Below the pieces are notes generated by a model, which did no database searches, was not told where the DNA came from, and was given only the letters and a program-made list of their open reading frames with translations. Shown piece after piece: positions 1-7,720 of a stretch of DNA of 25,288 nucleotides; within the stretch, counting starts at the first letter, position 1, and the number at the start of each line of letters is the position of its first letter. Made by a program: the position numbers and the translations under genes. The stretch is from an uncultured Bacteroidota bacterium (GTDB lineage Bacteria; Bacteroidota; Bacteroidia; Bacteroidales; P3), in contig CACXCY010000229.1 of the NCBI GenBank assembly GCA_902766265.1, positions 1 to 25,288 on the forward strand. The letters run 5' to 3'.

Positions 1-453
1 CACCTTGTATCCGAGGTCGCCTGGGGTGAAGTAGAATTTCTCGTAATAGCCAGGGTCGTCGGGGATGTGCATCTTCCGGTATTTCCCTAGATAGCTTCCA
101 TCGGCATCGATGACGGCGGTGGTGTTGTGGTAGAGCCCTTCGGCACGTTTCTCAAACATGGAGCACACGATGACCACGCCCAACTCTCGCGCCAACCGCA
201 TGAAGTGCTGTGTCGTGGGACCATCGGGGATGCTTTCTGCGAATGCGAAATTATGGTAGTCCTCGACATCGCAAAAATAGTGTGCTGCAAAGAGCTCCTG
301 CAGACATATAATCTGTGCGCCCCGCTCAGCCAGTTCGCATACGCGGCGGGTGTATAGTTCCAAGTTCTTTTGTTTTTCGGCCTCTGGGTCATCGTCACGG
401 ATGACGGCGACCTGTGCCAATCCAATTTTGACTTTCTTTGCTTCGGGTTTCAC
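1..453 (-). CDS. aguB: Carbon-nitrogen hydrolase (nitrilase superfamily), N-carbamoylputrescine amidase-like; 3' part runs off the window edge
   Basis: Not in the supplied ORF track. Manual translation from GTG at 453: VKPEAKKVKIGLAQ...CLQELF...YHNTTAVIDADGSYLGKYRKMHIPDDPGYYEKFYFTPGDLGYKV. Catalytic Glu (QELF) and Lys (YRKMHIPDDP) are present; the catalytic Cys would lie outside the window. The aguB specificity is inferred from the HIPDDPGYYEKFYF motif. Confidence 0.85.
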   Translation of the reverse strand, partial: MKPEAKKVKIGLAQVAVIRDDDPEAEKQKNLELYTRRVCELAERGAQIICLQELFAAHYFCDVEDYHNFAFAESIPDGPTTQHFMRLARELGVVIVCSMFEKRAEGLYHNTTAVIDADGSYLGKYRKMHIPDDPGYYEKFYFTPGDLGYKV

Positions 454-474
454 GGTAATGCTGGTGTAATGTGG

Positions 475-1281
475 TTATTTGCTGGAGTCGTAGAACGGCT
501 GTTCTCTGTAAAAGACAATCCTGAATCCTGGAAATGTCGATGGTTTCATTTTGGGTGCCGACGGCACAACGAACGGCATGGGCTCTTGCGAGCTGCTGCC
601 GCCAATGAGGGCGTAGGTGGGATGCCATGTGGTGTCGCCTACCAATGAGGATATACTTCCGTTTTCGACAAGTTCGCAGGCGTTGCCGCTCATGTCATAT
701 ATTCCAAGCTCGTTGGGCACTTTCTGCTGCACGGGGTGCAACTGACCGCCGCTGTTGCCTTTGTGCCAGGCCACATGGTTGGGGTTGTTGCTGCCGGCGT
801 AGTTGTATCCTTCAGAGTAGTGTCCTCCTTTGGCGGCAAAAATCCATTCGCCTAAGGTGGGGATGCGGAATCCGAAAGTCAGTATAGAGTCCAGTTTGTG
901 GCAAAAAGTAACTGCCTCTTCTGGCGACGCAATGGTGGCAGGCAGGTCGTCGCCGCGTTGTATCCAGCAGGGGTTGGCGGAGCCCATAACGGCTATCCAT
1001 TGCTGTTGTGTCACTTCATTGCGCATGATGTAAAATCCGCCAAAGGTGACATAGTATCCATCGTCCTCTATGCTGACAGTGTCGGTGGCCACATAGGTGA
1101 ATTCGAACAGAGGCCCCTCTGGAACAGGGCTGTCGGGCAGATAGTAGTAGTCAAACATGTAGCGCGTCAGGTTCCATCCCCATTGGGTGGAGTCGGCATC
1201 ATTCATGCCAAACCAACGGTTGGTTTGTGCCCCAGCGCTCATCGAGACAGCCACAAGGATAACTGTCAGCAGATTCCTCAT
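475..1281 (-). CDS. Secreted FGE-sulfatase (SUMF1/EgtB/PvdO-type) domain protein
   Basis: Signal peptide MRNLLTVILVAVSMSAGA; family motifs FRIPTLGEWIFAAKGG, HPVQQKVPNELGIYDMSGN and terminal GFR. Confidence 0.85.
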   Translation of the reverse strand: MRNLLTVILVAVSMSAGAQTNRWFGMNDADSTQWGWNLTRYMFDYYYLPDSPVPEGPLFEFTYVATDTVSIEDDGYYVTFGGFYIMRNEVTQQQWIAVMGSANPCWIQRGDDLPATIASPEEAVTFCHKLDSILTFGFRIPTLGEWIFAAKGGHYSEGYNYAGSNNPNHVAWHKGNSGGQLHPVQQKVPNELGIYDMSGNACELVENGSISSLVGDTTWHPTYALIGGSSSQEPMPFVVPSAPKMKPSTFPGFRIVFYREQPFYDSSK

Positions 1282-1305
1282 TGTGTTGGGTAGCGTTCGA
1301 AGTGG

Positions 1306-3171
1306 TTAGTTGATATTGATGAAATAGGGCAGGCGTGCCTGCAGACAGGGCTCTTCGGCAAGTCCGCGGATGTCACATTCTATCTGGCGTTCCAACGTGT
1401 TGTGGCGTATGGCTTTCCGTGCCTGGAACAGGGCACGTAACGAGATGGTGCTTCCGTCGCTGTCCTCGTCATCGTTGCCGAGCATAGCCATCAGTTGTTC
1501 CATCCAGTCTTTGGGATTGGGATAGTGTACAATGCTGTAGTCTTTGATACCAGCCAAGTCGGCAGCGATACGGAAGGCCAAGTCAATGCCACCCAGCGTG
1601 TCCACCAAGCCAAGTTTCAATGCATCGGCACCTGTCCACACGCGGCCTTTGGCTATAGAATCCACGGCCTCATAGCTCATCTTGCGACCTAAGGCAACGG
1701 TGCTCACAAACGTGACGTAGAAATCCTCGACGTTCTGTTGCATCATGGCGCGTGCCGTGGGGGAAAGTCCGACAAGGGACAGTCCTGTGGAGTTGTGGTT
1801 GGTTTGTGCGGTATCGAATGTGATGCCAATCTTCTTTTTCAACATGTTTCCTACTTCAGGAAGGGTGCCGAACACCCCTATGGAGCCGGTGATGGTGGTA
1901 GGTTGAGCCACAATCTTGTCGGCCAGGCACGACATTTCGTATCCTGCCGATGCGGCGAGGTCGCTCATCGACACCACGACGGGTTTCACCTTCTTTGCGC
2001 GGCGCACAGCGGCTGTCATCGTCTGGCTGGCGGTGGCGGCACCTCCCGGTGAGTTGACACGGAGCACGATGGCTTTCACATCGTCGTCTTTTACAGCATC
2101 GTCGATGGCTTTGGCGATACGGTCACCATACACACCGGTGCCGTAGCCAGGATAGCGGCCACCTTTCACGGTGCCTTCAGCATAGATGACGGCAATCTCG
2201 TTGTTGCTGTCTTCTTTGTTTTGGCGCACGGCTTTGGCGTACTTTTTCACGCTGATGGTGTGCTTGCGCCCGTAGGTGCTGTCGAGCAGTTGCTTTATGT
2301 CGTACTCATAGCAGAGCGTGTCCACGAGGCCTGATTTGTAGGCGCCTTTGGCCAGGTATCCACTCAGCTGGTCGGCTATCGTGTTGATGCTGTCGTAGCT
2401 CATGTGGCGTGCATCGGCCATGTTGTGAGCCGCATGGCTCCAGATAGAGTTGATATAGGCGTGGATCTGTTCACGGTTTGCCTCACTCATGTGGTTCATG
2501 ATATAGGGCTCGCCGGCACTTTTGTAGGCGCAACTTGTCGGGCGAATCAAGTCCACCTTCATGCCCAATTTGTCGAACAAGTCCTTGTAGAACATAAGTT
2601 GTGCGCCGATACCACGGAAGTCCACAACACCGTCGGTGTGCAGGCATATACGGTCGGCTGCGGTGGCTAGATAGTATATGGGTTGTGTGAACATCTCGCC
2701 GTAGCATATCACAGGTTTGCCGCTTGTGCGGAAGTCGATGATGGCGTTGCGCAGTTCTTCGGAAAGACCCCAAGAAAGGTCGCTGGCACCACAGGCGATG
2801 TACACACCCTTGATGCGGTTGTCGTTCTTGGCGGCATGGAGGGTCTCCAGAATATCCTCAGCGCTGATGACTTTTTCTTCGCTGAAGGCATTCTCCAGCA
2901 TGTTGGGAGCCGCTTCCTGAATATGTTGACTGAGGTCGATTTTCACAAAGCTGCCGTCTTTCACGGTGACGCTGTCGGATTTGTCAATGCTGCCCATCAT
3001 GCTGATGATCATAATGATCATGGCGATAAAAGAGATGATGCTCAATACGGCGCTGGCCACGATGATGCCTACGGCCGATGCCAGCATGGTTTGCCCAAAG
3101 TTGAGGGGCTGTCGTGTTGGCTGTGTCTGAGCGTTGCTTTGCTGTTCTGTTTGGGTGTACGATTCTTCCAT
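1306..3171 (-). CDS. sppA: Signal peptide peptidase SppA, 67K type (protease IV, S49)
   Basis: 621 aa, N-terminal TM helix, two S49 domains; motifs YKSAGE, LRVNSPGG, SMSDLAASAGY, ITGSIGVFG, GRVWTG. Confidence 0.96.
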   Translation of the reverse strand: MEESYTQTEQQSNAQTQPTRQPLNFGQTMLASAVGIIVASAVLSIISFIAMIIMIISMMGSIDKSDSVTVKDGSFVKIDLSQHIQEAAPNMLENAFSEEKVISAEDILETLHAAKNDNRIKGVYIACGASDLSWGLSEELRNAIIDFRTSGKPVICYGEMFTQPIYYLATAADRICLHTDGVVDFRGIGAQLMFYKDLFDKLGMKVDLIRPTSCAYKSAGEPYIMNHMSEANREQIHAYINSIWSHAAHNMADARHMSYDSINTIADQLSGYLAKGAYKSGLVDTLCYEYDIKQLLDSTYGRKHTISVKKYAKAVRQNKEDSNNEIAVIYAEGTVKGGRYPGYGTGVYGDRIAKAIDDAVKDDDVKAIVLRVNSPGGAATASQTMTAAVRRAKKVKPVVVSMSDLAASAGYEMSCLADKIVAQPTTITGSIGVFGTLPEVGNMLKKKIGITFDTAQTNHNSTGLSLVGLSPTARAMMQQNVEDFYVTFVSTVALGRKMSYEAVDSIAKGRVWTGADALKLGLVDTLGGIDLAFRIAADLAGIKDYSIVHYPNPKDWMEQLMAMLGNDDEDSDGSTISLRALFQARKAIRHNTLERQIECDIRGLAEEPCLQARLPYFININ

Positions 3172-3345
3172 ATTGGTTGCTGTTTTATATTAATTCATTT
3201 TTAATAAAATTATGAGGATAACGTAAGTCTTCCTGTTTTAGTATTGAACGGTATAAATCTTTGACAGAGTGTTGTGTTCATTCATCAAGGAATGATTTAT
3301 CGTGTTAATGGACAAAAATCCTATTGCCAAGTCATGAAAATGTTG

Positions 3346-3353
3346 TATCTTTG
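3346..3353 (+). promoter_or_regulatory. Bacteroidetes sigma-A -7 element (TATCTTTG) for the OMP gene
   Basis: Exact TAnnTTTG followed by CA, about 40 nt upstream of ATG 3395. Confidence 0.7.
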
Positions 3354-3394
3354 CATCATTAAATTGATGCTTAAATGTTTTAAATACAATTGGT

Positions 3395-4180
3395 ATGAAA
3401 CGAGTTTCAGTACTCATAATTCTGTTGTTTGCAGTATTACGTTCAGCTACTGCGCAAAACAATAATTGGACTTTCTTTGTAGGATGGAATCAGGCCATTG
3501 GTGATTTTGCAAAATCAGATATTCCATCGAACGACTGGGCTCTTATTTCCTACGAAAGTACCAAGGGCGGTGCTGGCTATGGGTTCGACTTGGGCGTGTC
3601 ATATAGCCATCCTCTGGTTGGCAGTAATGCAAGCATTGTTGTTAGTGCAGATTTTATATACACAGATGTCAATTACGACATTCGCCACAAAACAAACATG
3701 TCCATCATTGATGCTCGTAACAATTTTGACAAAGTGAATATTATTTCTCCGAAATTCATAAACGTTCCAATCCTTGCAGGAGCTCGTTATGAATTCGAGA
3801 TGAGCAGCAAATACAGTTTCTATTTAGAAGCGCAAGCGGGTCTTGCTATTCGTAAGATTACCAATCGTAGTGCTAGTTTTATCGGTGGGAAAGAGCCCAT
3901 ATCGATAGGTGGAGTAAATATGTATGATTATGTATATACCGACCATTTCTATGGTTCTGCGTCTCTTGCTTTTCACATCTCCATCGGTTTCGTCGAGAAC
4001 GCCCACTGGATTGCCGACCTAGGACTTTGGAGTATGGGTAGCATGCCAGTTGAGGGATATGAGGAATATGAGATGAATACTACTACGACACCGGGACTTC
4101 GTTCATACGGTACACATTCGTTTACAGTGGGAAATATCATTCCGGCTTTCTTTACGTTGAAAATCGGTTATCGGTTGTAA
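3395..4180 (+). CDS. Outer-membrane beta-barrel protein (OmpA-like/porin family), function unknown
   Basis: Signal peptide, alternating amphipathic strands (FDLGVSY, VPILAGARY, FYLEAQAG), C-terminal beta-signal TLKIGYRL; AT-richer than its neighbours. Confidence 0.75.
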   Translation: MKRVSVLIILLFAVLRSATAQNNNWTFFVGWNQAIGDFAKSDIPSNDWALISYESTKGGAGYGFDLGVSYSHPLVGSNASIVVSADFIYTDVNYDIRHKTNMSIIDARNNFDKVNIISPKFINVPILAGARYEFEMSSKYSFYLEAQAGLAIRKITNRSASFIGGKEPISIGGVNMYDYVYTDHFYGSASLAFHISIGFVENAHWIADLGLWSMGSMPVEGYEEYEMNTTTTPGLRSYGTHSFTVGNIIPAFFTLKIGYRL

Positions 4181-4311
4181 AGGTAATTTGTTTTAATAAT
4201 ATTGGTGGATAAGAAACTGCGGAGATTCTTACCGTTTTTACATTTACTGAGGTTACGGTGGGCAATAAAACGCCTGTTGGCTCGTTACCCTATCGTCAAA
4301 ATTTACTAACG

Positions 4312-6090
4312 ATGAGAATCCGCACTCTGATACTTTCCGTTGTCCTCGGCTGTCTCGTGGCAGCACCGGCCTTTGCGTGGTCGCAGAAGCCGGAGAAACG
4401 TTCCAAAAAGCAGGATATACAGGCAGCCGCAGCCATCGACACCATGGTCTCCTGGCAGCAGCTCAGCCAGACCTACGGCATTATCAACGAGCAGTATGTG
4501 CAGGTGCCCGATATGCCCAAGCTCTCGGAGGTGGGCATCGTGGCTATGCTCAAGGAACTCGACCCCCATTCGATGTTCATCGCCAAACGCGATGTGCAGC
4601 GTACCAACGAGGGGCTTGTGGGCAATTTTGAGGGCGTCGGCATCTCGTTCCAGATAGTCAAGGACACCATTCAGGTGGCTGAGGTCATCGTCGGAGGGCC
4701 GTCGGAGAAAGTGGGGTTGCAGATAGGCGACCAGATTGTGGCCATCGACGGCGAGAACGCTACGGGCGACACTATCAACAATTCGTTTGTGTTCAAGCGT
4801 CTGCGTGGCAAGAAAGATACCAAGGTGGAGCTCACTGTGCGTCGTTCGGGTAATGAGCTGCATTTCGTGGTGGTGCGCGACAAGGTGCCCATCTATTCGG
4901 TGGACAGCCGTTTCATGCTTGATTCTGTCACGGGATATATCCGTCTCACCCGTTTTGCCCGCACTTCGGTTGATGAGGTTCATAATGCTGTGGCCGAACT
5001 CAAGAAGAAGGGCATGAAACGTTTGGTCTTCGACCTTCGCGGCAACGGCGGCGGCTATCTGGAGATGGCTTGTGGCGTTGCCGACGAGTTTCTCCCCAAG
5101 GGTCGTCTTATCGTCTATCAGGAGGGGCGCAGCCAGCCGCGCCAAGGGTACGGCTCCAGCCATTTCGGCGGATTCTCGGAGGGCGAGCTCGTGGTGCTGA
5201 TTGATGAAAACTCGGCTTCGGCCAGCGAGATAGTCAGCGGTGCGTTGCAGGATTGGGACAGAGCCACCATCGTCGGTCGCCGGTCGTTCGGCAAAGGACT
5301 GGTGCAGCGTGTGTTTTCGCTCAAAGACGGGTCGCAGATACGTCTCACCACGGCGCGCTATTACACTCCGTCGGGCCGTTGCATCCAGAAGCCCTACGAC
5401 AAGGGCGCGGAGTCGTATTATAAAGATTTGATGGACCGCTACAATCATGGCGAGATGGTGCATCCCGACTCCATCCACATGCCCGACTCGCTTAAATTCC
5501 GCACCAGCAAGGGGCGCATCGTCTATGGTGGCGGCGGCATCATGCCCGATGTCTTTGTGCCCATCGACACCATGCGTCTCAGCGATTACTACCTCAATCT
5601 GCGAGCCAAAGGACTGATTACCGACTTTACGACCGATTGGGCCAATCATCACCGCCAAGATGAGCGGCTGGCTGATTTTGACAGTTTCCTCAAGAACTAC
5701 GACTCCTATGGCGTCGATGCCAAGTTTGCCGCCTATGCCGAGGGCAAAGGTGTGAAACGCACCGCCGTGAAAGGCGAATGGGTGGCTTCCTGGGTGGCCG
5801 ACCAGTTCAAGAAACAGATAAAGGACTCCGTTGCCGCCATTACCGCCGACAATTATATCGACTATATAGCACGCTGGCAGAAGGATACCACCTTTATGAA
5901 CGCTGTCGTCGAGCGTGCCCGCAAGGAGGACCTGCGCACCGAGGAAATCAACCGCCGCAGCGAGGAATACCTTTCCGTGATGCTCAAGGCGCTCATCGCC
6001 CGTTCTCTCTATGGGTCGCAGTACTACTACATGATTATGAAGTCGGAGGACCAAGGTCTCAAAGCCGCCCTCAAGGCCTTCAAATTCTAG
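4312..6090 (+). CDS. C-terminal processing protease, S41A family with PDZ domain (CtpA/Prc-like)
   Basis: PDZ GVGISF; DLRGNGGG; catalytic Ser in NSASASE and Lys in FGKG; TTARYYTPSGR. Start moved to ATG 4312 (MRIRTLIL), which gives a signal peptide. Confidence 0.93.
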   Translation: MRIRTLILSVVLGCLVAAPAFAWSQKPEKRSKKQDIQAAAAIDTMVSWQQLSQTYGIINEQYVQVPDMPKLSEVGIVAMLKELDPHSMFIAKRDVQRTNEGLVGNFEGVGISFQIVKDTIQVAEVIVGGPSEKVGLQIGDQIVAIDGENATGDTINNSFVFKRLRGKKDTKVELTVRRSGNELHFVVVRDKVPIYSVDSRFMLDSVTGYIRLTRFARTSVDEVHNAVAELKKKGMKRLVFDLRGNGGGYLEMACGVADEFLPKGRLIVYQEGRSQPRQGYGSSHFGGFSEGELVVLIDENSASASEIVSGALQDWDRATIVGRRSFGKGLVQRVFSLKDGSQIRLTTARYYTPSGRCIQKPYDKGAESYYKDLMDRYNHGEMVHPDSIHMPDSLKFRTSKGRIVYGGGGIMPDVFVPIDTMRLSDYYLNLRAKGLITDFTTDWANHHRQDERLADFDSFLKNYDSYGVDAKFAAYAEGKGVKRTAVKGEWVASWVADQFKKQIKDSVAAITADNYIDYIARWQKDTTFMNAVVERARKEDLRTEEINRRSEEYLSVMLKALIARSLYGSQYYYMIMKSEDQGLKAALKAFKF

Positions 6091-6194
6091 CCAAATTCTA
6101 GGGTGACTCTAGGGTAACTAGTATGTTTCTAGTATGTTCCTAGTATGTTCCTAGTATGTTCCTTGTATCTTCCTTGTATCTTCCTTGTATGTGG
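6087..6194. repeat. Degenerate 11-bp-period tandem array
   Basis: Units: ctagccaaatt, ctagggtgact, ctagggtaa (9 bp), ctagtatgttt, 3x ctagtatgttc, 2x cttgtatcttc, cttgtatgtgg. It begins at the S41 protease stop codon. Confidence 0.9.
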
Positions 6195-6359
6195 TGGGGT
6201 GCTAAGTGGTAGGTAGTGCTTTTTTCCCCTGGATAGCAGATTCGGATTATGTGTAAGGATGTTTCTTGGGATGCCGTCAAGTATTGGAAGAGAACGATAA
6301 GTCCGGGCGAGGTGGACAAGATGTTGAAAAGATTTTGATTGGGATTGGAAAGTTTTTGC

Positions 6360-6367
6360 TATCTTTG
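6360..6367 (+). promoter_or_regulatory. Bacteroidetes promoter -7 element (TATCTTTG) for arcA; TTTG -33 candidate at 6334-6337
   Basis: Exact consensus followed by CA, with an upstream TTTG at roughly the expected spacing. Confidence 0.7.
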
Positions 6368-6438
6368 CACTTACCTATTTTGTGGGCATTGTGAAAGCAT
6401 TGCTCTACAATATAATGTGTTAGATTATTAGTATACGT

Positions 6439-7686
6439 ATGATACCTGTAAACTTACGCTCCGAAACTGGCCGACTGAACGCTGTGCTGCTGCATCGTCC
6501 CGGTCGTGAAATCGAAGCTATGGCCCCTCAGAACGCACCGGATGCCTTGTATAGCGACATATTGAACTTGGATATTGTGAACAGGGAATATGCTTGTTTC
6601 TCGGGTGCGCTGGAGAAGGTGGCAAAGGTGTTCTATGTGAGAGATATACTTGAGGAGCTGCTGACGGACGATGACATCAGCGAGGTGCTGGTGCGGCAGT
6701 CGTGTGCCTACGACGGCTGTGACTTTCTGGCCGACGAGTTGTTGACGCATGACGCCAAGACGCTGGCTGGCGAACTGATAGAGGGCTTCGCTTACCGAAA
6801 GGGCAAAGACCCTGAGAGTTTTGCCCAGCGCCGTTTTCTGCTGCGCCCGCTCTACAATCTCTTCTTTACCAGGGATGCCTCGTCGTGTATGTACCGCAAG
6901 GCGTTGGTCAATTCGATGTCGTTTGAGGTGCGCGGACGTGAGTCGCTGCTGTACAAGACCATCTTTGAGCAATACTTCCGCACCGAGACGCTGTGGGCCC
7001 AAAAGCACGACGCGAAAGCGCGTACGGAAGGCGGCGACATCCAGATTGTCCGCGACGGTCTTGTGTGTATCGGCAACGGCATCCGCACCAACATGCAAGG
7101 CATCGAGTATCTGGTGAACCAGTTCGGCATAGGGGAGGATAACTTCTCGTTTATTGTGCAGGAACTGCCTCATAAGCCCGATTCGTTTATCCATCTGGAT
7201 ATGGTGTTCACCCATCTGGGCGAGCATCAATGCATGGTGTTTGAGCCGATGCTGAAACACAGCGGCCTCTTTGCCAACATGCACACCTACATGCTGTCGA
7301 CGGCGGGCTCCAAGGTGGAGCGCCATGAGTTTCCCGATATATTGAAGGCGCTGGAGTATGCCGGCGTGGAGATGGAACCTGTTTTCTGCGGTGGCAGGAG
7401 CGGGGAGGGGCTGTTTGACGACTGGAAGCAGGAACGCGAGCAGTGGCACAGCGGTGCCAACTTCTTCGCTTTCGGCGACAATCATGTCATTGGCTATCGT
7501 CGCAACGGCCATACTATCGATGCGTTGGACAAAGCCGGTTTTGCTGTGCTGAAGGCCGAGGATGTGTGTGCAGGCACGACCCATCCGTTCGACTATGAGA
7601 AGGCGGTGGTGACCTTTGCGGCTTCCGAACTGCCTCGCGGCGGTGGCGGCGCCCGTTGCATGACTTGCCCCATCAACAGGGATTAA
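6439..7686 (+). CDS. arcA: Arginine deiminase (amidinotransferase/pentein superfamily)
   Basis: 415 aa; SETGRL..VLLHRPG, NLFFTRD, EGGD, IHLDMVF, ELPRGGGGARCMTCP. The catalytic Asp/Glu/His/Cys set is present. Confidence 0.9.
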   Translation: MIPVNLRSETGRLNAVLLHRPGREIEAMAPQNAPDALYSDILNLDIVNREYACFSGALEKVAKVFYVRDILEELLTDDDISEVLVRQSCAYDGCDFLADELLTHDAKTLAGELIEGFAYRKGKDPESFAQRRFLLRPLYNLFFTRDASSCMYRKALVNSMSFEVRGRESLLYKTIFEQYFRTETLWAQKHDAKARTEGGDIQIVRDGLVCIGNGIRTNMQGIEYLVNQFGIGEDNFSFIVQELPHKPDSFIHLDMVFTHLGEHQCMVFEPMLKHSGLFANMHTYMLSTAGSKVERHEFPDILKALEYAGVEMEPVFCGGRSGEGLFDDWKQEREQWHSGANFFAFGDNHVIGYRRNGHTIDALDKAGFAVLKAEDVCAGTTHPFDYEKAVVTFAASELPRGGGGARCMTCPINRD

Positions 7687-7720
7687 GATAAATAAGGTAA
7701 ACTAAAACCCAATACACAAA

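Noticed and set aside
454-477. The FGE-domain gene's TAA is in frame with the downstream amidase, seven sense codons before its GTG
   Set aside because: Readthrough would fuse a secreted protein to a cytoplasmic enzyme; TAA is rarely recoded; in-frame adjacency happens one time in three by chance.
475-800. FGE/C-type-lectin fold as a possible diversity-generating retroelement target
   Set aside because: No reverse transcriptase and no template-repeat copy of this region were seen in the window.
4306-6054. 582-aa antisense ORF opposite the S41 protease
   Set aside because: Shadow ORF expected from GC-rich third positions on the coding strand; no recognisable motifs.
6087-6194. Possible CRISPR array
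   Set aside because: Units are 11 bp and contiguous with no unique spacers; no cas genes.
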